64,000 nucleotides of DNA, taken from Albugo candida (taxonomy: Eukaryota). The position numbers were made by a program, and so were the translations under genes. Of the stretch, positions 10,801-25,188 are shown in pieces. Under the pieces are notes generated by a model that searched no databases, had not been told where the DNA came from, and saw only the letters and a program-made list of their open reading frames with translations. The stretch is taken from contig JBDOQK010000015.1 of NCBI GenBank assembly GCA_040437565.1, positions 434,001 through 498,000 of the forward strand, in the 5' to 3' direction. The stretch's first letter is position 1, and each line of letters begins with the position of its first letter.

Positions 10801-13800
10801 GTTTTGTAATGCTGTCACTTTCGCTTGTTCCTCAGTTTGTGTCGCGTGATGANNNNNNNNNNNNNNNNNNNNNNNNNNNNNNNNNNNNNNNNNNNNNNNN
10901 NNNNNNNNNNNNNNNNNNNNNNNNNNNNNNNNNNNNNNNNNNNNNNNNNNNNTGCTTGATCCTGAGCCTCAATCAGTTGTACGGATAGAATCCTTGTTGT
11001 GGCATCCTGTTTCTTCATCAACTCATTCATCTTACTCGAAGATTTCCGATATTTCTCATCGATAAGTATCAATATACGATCTCTGTCGTCCATGAGCTTG
11101 TTTTGTAATGCTGTCACTTTCGCTTGTTCCTCAGTTTGTGTCGCGTGATGAGAGATGAGATGATGAGCCCGAGCACGTGTTTCCTCAACGTTCCTGTCTT
11201 GAGACAACAGTTTGGTGAGAATCGTCTTGCCATCGAAACTTGCAGACTTGCAATCATATTCGCTTTCATGCTCTGGATTACTTAAAATCTCTAGAAGCTC
11301 TTTTCTCTCCTCTGACAAAGCTTTGTAGCGAGCAAATATCTCATTCAATTGAAGCCGTATGTCCTCTTCGCTTGCTTGACACTGCCTTTCGATATCGCTT
11401 TGCTTTGTATCTGCTTGGAAGGAGACTCTATTTTCGCGATTTTCCTCCAAGTAAGCAACGCGTTCCAAGGTCTCATGCAGACGAGCCTTCAGCTTGGCAA
11501 AATGCTTCTGGTGGGCTTCAATGTTCTCGTACCGCGGTGCTGTTCGTTGGGTCACATCATCAGATGCTTCCGTACTTGCTGAGCTGTCGATCAAAGTCTC
11601 ATGCTTGCAATTTCCGGTGTCACCCATCTTACTTTGTAGTCGTAATTTAAGAGCTTCGATTTCTTCATTCGACATGGCAAATTGCTCCAGAGCGCGCGCA
11701 AGTTGACTCGTCAATTCAACCTCCGCCTGTCGTTCCAAACTTGTTTTGTAGCTCATACTTTCAATTTCTTGATTCATTTGATTCATAGTGACGTTCGCTA
11801 CTTCCAAAGCTTCTGCTTTGGAAGCTGCATCGTTCTCTAGAGCCAAAAATCTGTCTTGTAAATTACAAAATCGTATTTCAGCGCCACTGGCTGCTTCTTG
11901 TAGCGATTGTATTCTTTCTTTATACAGATCTTCATACAGCTTGCTGGCTTTTTCGAGCTCTTCAACCACGTATTCTTTCTCTTGTAAACGGCGTGATAGG
12001 TCCTCTTCCAATGTGTTTTGAGACGATATCACTCGCTCAAGGTCTTCTTCAGATCGAGTCTCGACCTCCACAATGCGATTTTGCAACGATTGGATCGATT
12101 CTTTAGCACTATTGAGCTCTGAACGCAGCTCTGAAAGTGTTGTTTGCTGCACTTTCATTGAGAGGTTCTGTTGAGTCAAATGACCTTCCAATTCAGCCCG
12201 AGTAAGTAGCATTCTCTCACAATCTTTTTGATGCTTTCGCACGAGTTCCATGCGTACTCGACCAACATCTCTCTCATGGTCGACTACGAGATTTTCAATC
12301 AATTCTTTGCGACTGTTTTCAACCTCGCTTTTGGAGAGCCTCAACGTGTCGGTCAATTGCGTCTCCAACTCTGCAATGCGAGCGATCAAGGCTTCGTTTT
12401 CGTCATATTTTGGTTTCAGGCTCTCTAACTGACGTTCATATCGATCCTTTTCCATCAAAATGGCCTTCTTGAGCTCATCATCGTGCTGTTGCAAGAGGTC
12501 TGCACGTGTGGCTTCCAAATGATCATGAAGGTCTCTCTGCATTATCTCTTTCTCTCTCGTCCATGCGTTTATTCTTGACTGTTCCTCTGCTTTGAGCTTC
12601 TCACACGTCTGACTAAAACCCAGTATCTCTTCTTGCAGCTCACGGATCTTCTTTTCTAAAGCTTGTACCTCATCTTCGTTCTTACTCTCCAGCTCCAAAC
12701 GTACTGATTCCGCTCTTGTTTCATGTTCTTTCTGTATAAAGCCGAGCTTTCCTTCATACTCTTTCTCCGCTGCTTGTCTTTCCTCCATCCATGCTTCCAT
12801 TCTTTCTTGCAGTCTGCTTTGTGATACCGCATAGCAATCATTAGCCTTTGTGAGTTGCTCTGTGAGATCGTGAATCCGCACGTTCATACTTTGCCGTTCT
12901 CTTGCATTCGTATCGCTGAATTCTTTCCGGAGAATTCCTTGCTGCATCTCATACTTTGAGATCACTTTAGCCATTTCTTCCTGACGCTTGTCGGATTCTT
13001 CTTCACGCAGCATAAGCAGCTTTTCGCGTTCCTGCACAATGATTCCGTGCTCCGTCTTTATCACAGCCTGGTTCCCGACTTCCTTTTGAAGTTCCAATTC
13101 GTGCTTTTGTATGAGCATTTCCATCGCATTCTGATGCTCATTTTCCGCAATTTGCATCTTCAAAGTAGAAGCAGTAATAAGCTCCTCCAACTCGCTTTGA
13201 AGCCTTTCAATTTCTTCAGAAGAGGTAATTTTCTCAGTGGTCAATTCATTGACGCGGTCCAATTGAGACTGTAGCTGTTGCTTGCAGGCGTTCACGCTCA
13301 TTCTTTCCGTCATTAACTGTTGCTGAAGGTCGCTTACCAAGCTTTTTTGATCATACAATTCGGATTCTCTTTCTCGCAAAACTTCCTCAACTCTTATCAA
13401 ATCTTGCTGTAAGATTGATTCCTTCGCAGAGGCATTCTGAGATCGAATTTTCAGCTCAGCCAACTTTTCTCGTAGAGTTTGTTCCATATGTTCTAAATCT
13501 CTCTGCTTTTCTCGATACTTCTCGAGTTCTTTATCAAAATCTTCTCTCAACTGCTTCACTGTTTCTGCATTAGCTTTGACGATGTTTTCCTTCTCCTGTG
13601 AGAAAGTTTGTAGATCGCTGTCTCGTTCATCCAGCTGTTGCCGCAATTCTTGAAGCTTCCTTTCAGCTTCACAGACGCGGAGAACAGATTCCTCCTCGAA
13701 TGCATTGCGAGTCGACAGCTCTTCACGCATCTTGTCTGATTTCTCTTGATGCTCATGTTCGATTTCCAAGCGCATACTGTTCATTTCTTTCGTAAATCTC

Positions 13801-15038
13801 TGCGTAAGCAGCTCTTTTTCGTGCGTATGGCTTCTCATCTCCACCTCCAGCTTATTCTGCAATGATGCAGCTGCTTCTACTGCATCTTGCAGTTTATCTT
13901 CGAGCTGATTTAGTCGCTTTGTGTGTCCCGCTGCGTTTTCATTTGCCTCGTTCACAAGCTGGTTTGACCGAGACAGCTCTGTTTGATACTTTGTCTCGAT
14001 TTCGTTGATTGTTTCTTGCTGTTCGGATACCTGAAGCGCATAGATCTCTCTCTCTTGTTCTAGAGAAGCTATTTTGCGTGCGTATTCTACCTTCTCGACC
14101 TGAAGCTGATGGATCGTATTACTTGTGCGTTCTTCGCCTTCCAGCATCACTTTTTGAAAATTCATCAATTCTTTCTCCAAAGCAATGGAATGCGTTTTAC
14201 CTTTGAAAAGCTGCTGCTTCAACGATTCATGTTCTGATTCCATCACTTGCTTCTCTGTATCCCACGACTTTTCCTTTTTCGTAAAGTAATCGATCCTTTG
14301 CTGTAGTGATGCGATTTCATCGTGGTGGCTCTCACGTAAAGAATCTCGAGCTAGGATGGCTTGCTCCAGTGTTTTCTCGAGCTCAGAGACCTTTTCACAC
14401 GATACAAAAACGTTTCTTTCCATTTTCTCCTTTTCCTTATCCAAAGCCAAACGTAATCGCTCATTTTCTTGCAGCAAAATGTTCACTTGATCCCGTTCTT
14501 CTGTCTGCATTTCCGATAAGGTGCCTTCCCCGCAAATGTCCGATCCATCTACAGCCTCATTTACGCATCCATTCGATACGATATCGTCGGATGAATGATC
14601 CGACAGAATCGGCAGGCGAAATGAACCAGCTTCCCGTTGTAAGGGGCTTTTGTGAATCGAATCAGCGGGTTTGTTGGGTGATCCAAGCCTCTCATTCTCT
14701 TCCCTTGCTTCTTGTAGCTGCTTGTGCATCGCACGACAAGTGCCGACAACTCGTTTCAACTCGTCGATCAAATTGTGTTTTTCATCTTCCAACTTTTTAA
14801 TTGACGAATTGTGTTCCGATAAAGACGCTGCCATTTTCGTGGGACTTGCTTCCGTAGCGACAAACTGATTCTCTCTCCCCTGAGCAGAAGTCTCCTGAAC
14901 AAGACACTGATATTGTTCCTGTAGGCTTCGATATCGTCGCACAACATCGTGCAATTTTCTCAACAAAAGTTGATTTTCCTGCTTTAATTTTGAGACGACT
15001 TCGTCTGTAGATACCTTTTCCTCTTGGAGATTGTCCAT
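7826..15038 (-). CDS. Large coiled-coil golgin with C-terminal GRIP domain (GCC185-like)
   Basis: ORFs 10815..15323 and 8479..10818 form one E/K/Q-rich coiled coil split by gap 10853-10952 with a duplicated flank. Small downstream exons splice to VNVE-YLRNIVIKYLSSQNQSERERLIPVLATILKF (exon 8225-8131), the GRIP signature. The start is placed at ATG 15038 to avoid overlap with POLA1. The 3' end is approximate. Confidence 0.85.
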
Positions 15039-15184
15039 CTCCTTCCTCACTGATGCGATTTCACCGCTTTCCGAATGTATGAGTCCAACAGCTCTCTCTA
15101 TATCGACTCGAATCGTCGGAGTTCGATCACGCGGATGGCTCGGCCAATCGTAGGTTTTCCCGCTCAAAACGAACGCATTTCGCC

Positions 15185-18100
15185 ATGAGCTCTCGACGCA
15201 CAGCGTCTCGGACAGATAGAACTCGGCGGAATGCACTTGAGGAATTACGGTCTGCACGTCACAAGCAATCCGAAGATGCTTCCGATACAGCAACAACTTC
15301 TCGTATTGCCACTTATCAGCCAAAAGAAAGTAGCGTTTACAAAGTCGTGACGGAAGAAGAATACGAAGACTTGGTTCGACAAAGGCGACAGGGTCTTCCG
15401 TTTGTCGCTAATGATGACGCTGAATTGGGATACTACGATGATGGGGAAGAGCAGTTCTTCGAATCAGACGAAGATAGGAATCCCTCTGAACAAAATGAAG
15501 CTTCACACAATGATTCTGGAACTTCCAAACAAAAAATTGGTGCTCTTTCGAGCGCATACGCACGTCGGGCGAAGAAGATGCAACGAGCAAAACTCGGTGA
15601 TGGGAAAGACAATAGAATCACGAATCTTTTGCATTCTAAAAGCGCGATGCAGATGAATAGTTCCAAACGGCTCAAAACATCAGAAAGTATGCAAAAAGCA
15701 GGTCAAGTACTCTATTCATTTCATTGCGTGAGCCAGAATCTAAAGTTTTTTATCTTTACAGACTTGGATCTGGATAGCATGCTGGACGATTTAACCAGTA
15801 ATCCGACCAAGTCGGACGCATCATTTCTGTCGCCCCCATCATTTGCTTCGTTCAAAAATAACGAAAGCGCAATTTGCATGGATGATGAATTTGACTATAA
15901 TGCGGAGGAATCTATGGCTATGAATTCCGGGAATGATGTAAAATACGCGTATGAAAGGCCTGGCATTATTTCTCACAAAGGATCGAAGCGAGAGGAATCG
16001 GAAGATCACGTGATGGAAATCAATGACGACACCTCAAAGAAAATAGAGCCTCCAACTAAACGCGAATTGCTTTTACGAAAAGCTCGAGCGAGAGAATTGC
16101 TGACAACAAATCCGACCGCACGTGCTTTGTCGTCCGAATTTGAAGAAGAGGAAGGAAAACCTGAAGAAATAAAAACGATTGATACCAATTCAGTGAGTGA
16201 AATCCCATCAAATGAGGTGACGGAATGGTGGGAAACGCCTGAAACAAATGCTCCTCAAGAATGTGCTGTGGAGGAGGATGTCAAAATGGAAGATCCGATC
16301 GATTGTAAGAAGACCTCATCCTCATCTGATCGCGTTAGAATCTTTTGGATGGATACCATTGAAATTCGCGATCGACCCGGAAAGCTGTACATGATCGGGA
16401 AAGTAAAGACGGTTTCCGGATCGAACGTGTCCTATCGAAGCTGCTGCATCACTGTGAATAATCTCGAACGCTGTATGTATCTCGTTCCGAAACCCGACGC
16501 GGTGCGCGATCTAGACCCGAAAGCATCCACAATGAAGGATTTGAGTCCCCAGCTACAACAAGAGCTTTGGATGAAAATACATCAAGACATTCATCGCTAT
16601 TTGATTCCGAATTGCATCACTGGTCGAATAGACAAGGAGAATTTTAAAACCAAATTAGTCGAACGTGAGTACGCTTTTGAGCGGCAAGATATTCCGCGTG
16701 GGAAGAATAAGTACGTCAAAGTAAGATACTCTGCTCGGTATCCAATCCCTCCAGCCGACATTTGTGAGCGTGGTGGACGCTATTTCTCTCAAATTTGTGG
16801 GGCTTCTACCCGGCCATTGGAGACATTTCTACTCGGTAGAAAGCTTCTTGGGCCAGGCTGGATCGAAGTGTGTAATGTGCGGGCTTCACAGAACCACGAG
16901 AGTTTTTGCCAGCTTGAATATGTAACGGATGATCCAAAAGGCATTCATGTGCTCCACGGAGAGGACTGCGATGCACCCCCACCATTAAAAGTTCTTTCTC
17001 TCAGTCTGAAATCAATATGCCATCCAACTACACTTCACCACGAGATCATTACGCTCTCTATGATCACAGAGTCTGGTGTAAGCTGTGAAGGCGCTTCCTG
17101 CAATCAACGGCGCTCTATCAGCCATTTCACAACAATTCGACCGGTAGACAGCAACAAAGGCTTTCCAGATACATTCGTACAATTTGCACAAGAAAACGGG
17201 CGATTCCGAGATCAGAAGACCAATCGGACAGAAAAGCGCATACCGAGTCTACGTTTCGAGTCGAATGAACGTGCGATGCTCAGCTACTTTCTCACTCGAA
17301 TCCAGTTGGAAGACCCAGACGTCATTGTTGGTCACAATCTACACTCGTACACTTTGAATCTTCTTCTATCTCGAATCGATCATTATAAATTGGGAGGATT
17401 ATGGTCCAAACTGACCCGTCTACGTCGTGGTCGATTGCAGCCTGTCAATGTCGGAGAAGCGTGGAATGAGTACCGATTCGATGATATCAGCAATGGACGA
17501 CTTTTTTGCGATACGTGTGTGTCGGCCAAGGAACTACTGCCGTCTCAAAACAATTATTCGCTCACGTATTTGGCTACGACCATTCTGAAGAAGCAGCACT
17601 TTGATATCGAAATAAATGAGATCCCGCAAATCATGTGTAGCTCTCCCCAGTACTTCACCAAGCTTCTCTGTCACACACTGGACGACGCCATGTTCATCCT
17701 CCAATTGATGCATCATCTCCAAATCCTTCCTTTATCAAAGCAATTAGCAAATCTCTGTGGGTATCTATGGCCAAGAACTTTAGAAGCCAACAAGCGCGCT
17801 GAGCGGATTGAATTTCTATTATCACACGAATTCTCCAAATCGAAGCAGAAATTCATACTTCCGGAGAAAATGAAGCAATCTCGAGGATCGGGAACCAAAC
17901 AGCGAGAGAAAGCCTCGTATATGGGTGGTATGGTATTTGCTCCAAAAAAAGGATTGTACGATAACTTTGTTGTCCTGCTGGATTTCAACAGCTTGTACCC
18001 TTCCATCATTCGAGAATATAACATCTGCTTCACAACAGTTGATCGCAAGTTAGAAGCAATGACCGTGAAAAGCGGTCAAAAGCGGACGGAAGGGAGCACC

Positions 18101-19988
18101 GGTGTCGACCCTGAGGAGAACATCGATGCAGAAGAAGACATTCCGGTCTTACCTTCTACATCCAGCAGGGACGGAGTACTACCGAGCGTCATCAAACGCT
18201 TATTGGACTCGCGCAAACAGGTAAAACAGGCTTTAGCCAGTGCTTCTCGTGCTGGAAACAAGGAGAAAGCTCAGTCTTTAGACATTCGACAGAAAGCAAT
18301 CAAATTGACGGCAAATTCCATGTATGGATGTCTTGGATTCCGATACTCTCGCTACTATGCCAAAGCCATTGCAGCACTGATCACGTCGACCGGTCGACAA
18401 ACGCTACAGCGAGCAAAAGAAGTCGCAGAATTGGAGTGTGGCTACGATGTCATCTATGGGGACACTGATTCAATCATGGTCGACTCCCGAAGCGATCAGC
18501 TCCACGACGCAAAACGCATTGGACGTGACATCCAAACGCAATGTAACAAACACTTCAAACTGCTTGAGCTCGAAGTGGACAGTATTTTCAAAACGATACT
18601 TCTTCTGAACAAGAAGAAATACGCGGCTCTTGTTGTGAAAGAAACCACAGACATGTCCAACGGTATCGCCGTTCGGTATGAAAAGGAGGTCAAAGGATTG
18701 GATCTTGTTCGACGAGATTGGTGTGTGATTTCCAAAGGCGTAGGTCACGATATTTTGGATCATATACTGTCTGGAAGAGCTCGTGATGAAGTTGTCGATA
18801 CCATCCACACGTATCTTGAGACTGTAGCTGCACGCATACGCTCTGAGCAAGATCCAATCGATCAATTTGTCATCACCAAATCGCTAAACAAGCAACCAGA
18901 ACAGTATCCAGACGGGGCCAAGCAGTATCATGTCCAAGTAGCGTTAGCCTTGAAGCAACAAGGGCACCACATAGGCGTGGGTTCTCATATTCCATATGTT
19001 CTGTGTAAAGTGCAGGACCCACGCTCTGGTCGATATGCATATCATCCCGATGAGGTGAGACGAGCAGCGGGCAAACTTGCGATCGATTACGAATGGTATT
19101 TGGAGTCTCAGATTCATCCTCCAGTCAATCGCCTTTGCGCTCATATTGAAGGAACGTCCAGCACCCAATTAGCGCGATGTCTTGGCTTAGACACTTCAAA
19201 ATTCAAAACGTTAGCGCTGGATGCCGATACAAATGCGGAAGATGGCGAGAATGATTCTATTCCAAGCGTGCTACGAGACGATCAAGAACGCTTCAGTCAA
19301 TGTGTACCTCTTCAACTTACCTGTAAGCAGTGTCACCAATCGTCAAAGTTTCCAGGAGTTTTCTTCGCATTTGGAGACGATAAAGCAGCTTCTAAATCGA
19401 TCCAAAGCGGATTGATATGTCCGCAATCGGATTGTCGGGCAGAGTTCTGGGGCTACAAGGAGGAAGGTCTGTATGGGAACGTCGGTGATGATCTCGCTGC
19501 GCTTTTGTCGAATCAACTCCATCTTGCGACACGAGCTTCTGTACGCCGCTACTATGAAGCTTGGCTTGTTTGTTCCGATGTCACTTGCAAAACTCGTACA
19601 CAGAAACAGTCTCTGCGTGGGAACGGGAACATGTGCTCGACCACCGGATGTCAATCTCTGGTGCATGCAGAGTACACAGAGCACGACCTGTACACGCAGC
19701 TCAAGTACTTTTCAACACTCTTCGACCCCGTTCGTGCCATGAAGAAGCTACATGTAGAAGAAGAACGAGCGTTGCCGACTGCGAACAAGTCCAAGGCGAA
19801 GTTTGTTCTCCCAGCGCATCATCAGAATTTGCTTGAAAAGTTGCACCAGCAGGCCGAAAAAGTAAGCTTCTTTATATATTTCTTTCTTGATGAATTTCAA
19901 TGTGACAACGTCTCTTTTGCTACAGACAGTTTGCTTGAATGAGTACAATTGGGTCAAGCCGACGCTTTGGCAGACATTGTTCACATAA
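15185..19988 (+). CDS. POLA1: DNA polymerase alpha catalytic subunit
   Basis: Family B motifs LDFNSLYPSII, KLTANSMYGCLG, VIYGDTDSIM, KKKYAAL and KGLDLVRRDW. Pol-alpha N-terminal YYDDGEE motif and C-terminal Cys zinc-binding region. Intron 19862-19925 adds a last exon ending in TAA at 19988. Confidence 0.98.
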
Positions 19989-20043
19989 CGCATACAGTTG
20001 GACACAAGCATTTTTATCCACAAGGAATCATTCGGAATCGATG

Positions 20044-23000
20044 TCATTGAAGCTGTGTCAAGTTGGAAGTAGACGCGGAATGAGATAGTGTGAATCCAAC
20101 GGATGTGCCTTTTATCCCTTCGCTCACTGGAGTACGATAACTGGCTGACATCTGCTTAGCGGGTGTCCCGTGGAAGGAAGCCGGGCTCACGAGTGATGTT
20201 GTGTGACGCGGCTCCATAAAATTTGATGTGGAATTTGCTGTAGGATTTGGGACCATCGACGCTATGGATGGGGCTGAAAATGAGTTGACCGAGTTTCCCA
20301 TTCTTGAAATCGTAGATGCCAAGTTGTTGCTGTCATTCTTGAAAGATCGCAAAATCTGTGTGAGAGATTTTTTGGTGTGCTGTTGTCCTTCTTGAGCCGC
20401 CCATTGTTGCTCTGATTCTCTGCTTGTCTTCATTGGATCTTCTTCGAGTGGTGCTCGTATTGACTCCTTGTCTGCTTCCTTGAAGATTCTCCCATGCTGT
20501 TTTGCACGATGGTGATGTCTCGGCTCTGCTTCCTGGGATACAGCTCGTCTTGGCTGCCAGGTGTCGTCTTTGGTGCTTGTATGTATAGAATCTCTCAGCG
20601 CGGATTCNNNNNNNNNNNNNNNNNNNNNNNNNNNNNNNNNNNNNNNNNNNNNNNNNNNNNNNNNNNNNNNNNNNNNNNNNNNNNNNNNNNNNNNNNNNNN
20701 NNNNNNNGTGAGAGATTTTTTGCTGTGCTGTTTCGACTCTAGTCCTTCTTGAGCCGCCCATTGTTGCTCTGATTCTCTGCTCGTCTTCATCGGATCTTCT
20801 TCGAGTGGTGCTCGTATTGACTCCTTGTCTGCTTCCTTGAAGATTCTCCCATGCTGTTTTGCACGATGGTGATGTCTCGGCTCTGCTTCCTGGGATACAG
20901 CTCGTCTTGGCTGCCAGGTGTCGTCTTTGGTGCTTGTATGTATAGAATCTCTCAGCGCGGATTCGCTGTCACTTAGTACTGATGCGATCGTGAATCCTCT
21001 CTGTCGCTTTGAATGCGTCGAAGGCTTTTTCAAACGATTCTTCTCATTCGTATCGGTGGGAGGACTGATGTTCCATTGGTCAGCATCTACTTCATTATCA
21101 ATGTCAATTGCCATGGCGTTTGCTGCGTCCATTCTGCGAGCAGCATTAACAGAAAGCACCGATATTGCATCTTGCAAAGCTTGCATCCATTGTTCTTGTC
21201 TTCCCCACGTGTCACAAAGAACGATGAAGCTTTTATACCCTTTGGTCGCAAATTGTATTCCGTGAGCTCCACTGCCGGGTCCTTGAGTGAGTCCGAAGCT
21301 GTACCATTTCTTAGCGGACGTAGGAATGACCCATTTCACACGAGTTGTCCAATTTGGATTGTTCAGTGTGTCGCAGTACCAAAGCTTCCCACATTTACGA
21401 CATAAGCCAAAATAAGTGATCGTAAAGGTCAAAGCGTGGAATGGCATTGGCACAGGGAATTGGATAAAAGAATTGACCTTGGTTGGCTCGGGTATCGGAA
21501 TATGATCGTGCATCTTATCTTTCTTGAATAGAAATCCTGCAGTGAAATCCTCCGTATTGTTGACTTTACAGTAATGATTTGCCGTTCCTGTGAAGAGTGT
21601 TTCGAGATAACCTGGCGAGGACATCACGTTACCATAGAGTTTTCGTCTCTAATTGAGATGGAACGCACCTGAATAGTCAATGTCGCTCACGGGCGATTCC
21701 TGAACGTACTCCACTGCATATTCTTTGACACTCAGACATCCATCACATAATGGAGCATTTCGCTCGCCTAAAGGCTGTGTCAGGACCAAATTTTGCTCGG
21801 CCAGTGTGCTTCGAAAGTCTGCCCAGTCTGGATGCTTTCTCGCGTATTCATGCACGATATCCTGACACGACACATGACCGCTCTCTCCTGTGTACGCTGG
21901 TGTACTATCACAAAACACAACTCAGATTCTCATCATGCGTTAATCTTCCTAAGAGATCGCTTACTTTGCAAGTGTGAAGATGCTATTTGCAATAATAGTC
22001 ATGTGGCCTCTGTACTGGACATCTTGGCGCTGGAAAGATTCGATGACAAAGTCCAGGATGCTGGTTTTGTCTGAAAACAAGCTGTTCAAAAGAGGGCAAG
22101 TCGGGAGACGTTTTTGGTCTGGATCGAGAAGCACACAGCGAATGATATCCGTTAGCTCATGATGCATCAAGCTGTTATTGGGCTGAGCGTCAAAGCATGA
22201 GAGCAGACAAGGCATCAAATCAGATTGTGCCAGGATGTTGTCTAATTGACTGCTCTGTAAAGCGACACATCGACGGAAAAATGTGATCAAGTACAGAAGA
22301 GCAGGTCCTTTTGTAGCATTAAGTGACGTGCCTTTGCCCTCTGTATCTTGTCTTGGGCCCACAATTGTTCGACAAAGCTGCACAAAACGATCCACTCTTG
22401 GGATTAAACTCAGTAGTACGTTTCGATGTGTTTCTTTTGCCAAATTCTCAACCCCAGTAAAGTCGTGTTTCTTCTTGTGGTAGCCCAAAACTTTCATTAG
22501 CATCATAACAATCGATAACGCGCCACCTTCATGCACAGTAAGCTCGCAATTCTGTCGTGCTTGACGCTCGATCTCAGAAAAGCCAAGATCAATTAAAGCT
22601 CCAAATGATACGTCAAGGCTTTGTAGGCCTATCAGTAAAGTCTTTAGCAAGGCGTTGTGCTGATGTGGATAGTATTGATCGGTAATCAAGGGTAGTGATT
22701 GATCGTTGTTGTCCACAAAAGCCGCATGATCTTCCATCATATAAACGCATGGAGGAGATAGTATGTAATTCACCAAGACACAGATATTCTCAACTGAATC
22801 ACGCTGATATGTGGTGCCGACGCCCCAGCTTAACGTACGTTGCCACGCACAGAGTCTTTCAAAGGTACATTCGAGAATTTTGCTGGAGCGAATAGAACGT
22901 TGTCCCATCTCTGACATATCGGAATACAACAGCCATACGATCGTGTCACGGATGGAATCCGAGCCGATGTGACGAATAATCCGAGGTACCAATGATTGTC

Positions 23001-25188
23001 CGTCATCGGCCAAAAAACGCTGTAAGAGTTTCCCAAGTTGATGCTTCAAAATATATGCGTTGACAACATTGCAAAATAAAACCAGCAAGACATCATCCAG
23101 CGGTCCTGGTTGACATAGGAATTTGAATAAGGCCTTCAAGTACCCATAAGAGCGAGCTAGGTCAAACTCCTCCTCTAATCGTCCTTCCTTCATAGTGCCT
23201 GACTGAGGGATACCTGAATGGTTGGAGCGACTGTCCTTGACGAAAATGGATCGACCATACCAAGTTGCAATTTCACAGCATATATACTGTGATTTGTAAC
23301 GCCCGTATAGAGTGTCAAGTGGTTCTTCGGTGCTTGCGGGAGATGTCAGAAGACACAACAAATCGTAGACAATACGAGATTGAAGAATCCATTCGACGGC
23401 CTTTGGATCACGAGTTACTTCACGAATCAGACTGTCGACTGAAAATGCGCCCGTGCTTGATACCAACTCAATCAAGTGCTTGATCGAGAGATCAGGAGAG
23501 CTGATTACATCGTCAAGACGTCGACGATAATCTTTGGACGACTCCTACGTACAAAGATAATAGAACCAGTATCTATCTGCTCATACACCACGTACGCTTT
23601 CTGCTCTTTCGTGCAAGTAATCTTCGATATCGGTTTGTCCTGATTCTCTTGCAAGTATTTCTGCGTTCTGGCCTTCTCTCTAGGTATGTAATGGCGCAGA
23701 TGAGACTAGAATTCGCGTATATGATGTTACACGTACGTCAACTGCGTGTACGTTAGCTCCAGCATTGACTAAGAGTCGTACACAGCCAAGATGACCGGCA
23801 CGTGCTGCTTCCATCAGTGCTGTTGTTGCGTTTGGCTTCACGGAACTGTTAAATTCGGAAGAAAATGCGGACAAATAATCGTAGAATTACGCTTTGAATG
23901 TCTAATCCAGCGCCGGCCTCAATCAAGACTGATACAATTTCATCATGACCACATCGTGCGGCAGCATGTAATGCAGTCGTGCCTCGAGTCTAGAACACTT
24001 GCAGATTATCAGAATGCACATTGAGACTTGATAATGTATCAGGATCGTACACGATGTGTAGAGAGATTTACGCGAGCACCTTTGCGAATCAATAGCTTTA
24101 AACACATGACTCGATTGTCGCGAGCTGCAATCGTCAAAGCCGTCATCCCATGTACCTACAAAGTTCCTCAGCAATTATTCTGCTCTAGAATTGTATCCGA
24201 AGTTTACATCTTCCAAGTCGAGACTGGCTCTGTACATCAAAAGCGCCCGAGCTGCTTCCAAATTTCCGTTCGAACATGCAACCATTAGCGGTGAGGTTCC
24301 ATTAGGCTACACAATCACCTCGGTTTGATAATATCTCGATGAGTTTCTCGGATAAATTCTTACTTTCTGCTCGTCTAAAGAGATACCAAACCCATGAAGA
24401 AGCTCGATACAATCAACGTGACCATTTTCTACTGCATCACACAAAGCGATTGCCTTTGGTAACCTCTATCGGGTACAAAATCAAAATAATACGATATCAG
24501 CACTTTGGTCGTAACACAAAACCTTGTAGTATTGTGAGATAAAAAAGCTGCATCCAGACCTCCAGAACGGCTCCACTCGTATCAGCATAGAGAACGTGTT
24601 TGAGCAGTTCCACTTCTCCAGCTCGGGCCGCCACCGCCACAGCAACATTGAGATCATGAGGCACAACATGCTTGATCGCTTCTTCACTTGACAATAACTC
24701 GATTGAAACTCTGACTGGCTGATCTCTGTCTAAGCAATCGGTGTGGTATTTGGACAGCAGTATGATTGGAATTGGAATTGATTGCCTGCCAGACGAATGA
24801 AATCCATCAAAAAGGGTCTGAGTTGCCATCGGATCTTTCTCCTCGCCGTGTTCCAAGAAAATACAAGCCACTGCTCCAGCAGATAACAATCGTCGGACAA
24901 TATCAGGAAAATGAAGCCTTCCTCCGCGCTCCATGACAGCAATGTTCCCCAAAAGCTGATTTGCATTCGGAAGTTCGCCATCCGCTTTTGGTGGTGATGT
25001 GTACACAAGATTAGAGCATACCTAATGTACTGTGAGACCTTGAATGAGGTCAAATAGTACTCGTACCGTTCGGGAAACTTTATCATACTTATAGCTGGAA
25101 GGCTCGGCAAAATGATATCCACCATTTTTCCAGGATACGAAGAAAACACCCTCTGATCTGGACCTCCCGCTACGAGAAGATTGTTCAT
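20044..25188 (-). CDS. Multi-exon protein: PA domain - ankyrin repeats - SAPS (PP6 regulatory)-like domain - PH domain - disordered tail
   Basis: PA: GNIAVMERGG..IVRRLLSAGAVACIF. Ankyrin exons: GTSPLMVACSNGNLEAARALL, GMTALTIAA, GTTALHAAARCGHDEIVSVLIEAGA, TALMEAARAGHLGCVRLLVNAGANVHAVD. SAPS-like: PNNSLMHHELTDII, YRGHMTIIANSI, WADFRSTLAEQN. PH: AGFLFKK...QEQWMQALQDAI. GT-AG introns give in-frame joins (e.g. 23595-23545). The start and first intron are tentative. Confidence 0.75.

Noticed and set aside
8385-14868. Many plus-strand ORFs opposite the golgin, and similar short ORFs opposite other long genes
   Set aside because: Antisense or alternative-frame shadows of long coding regions with no recognisable motifs.
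15039-15323. N-terminal extension of the golgin ORF overlapping POLA1 in antisense
   Set aside because: Coiled-coil composition starts only at ATG 15038; the extension is most simply an open antisense frame.
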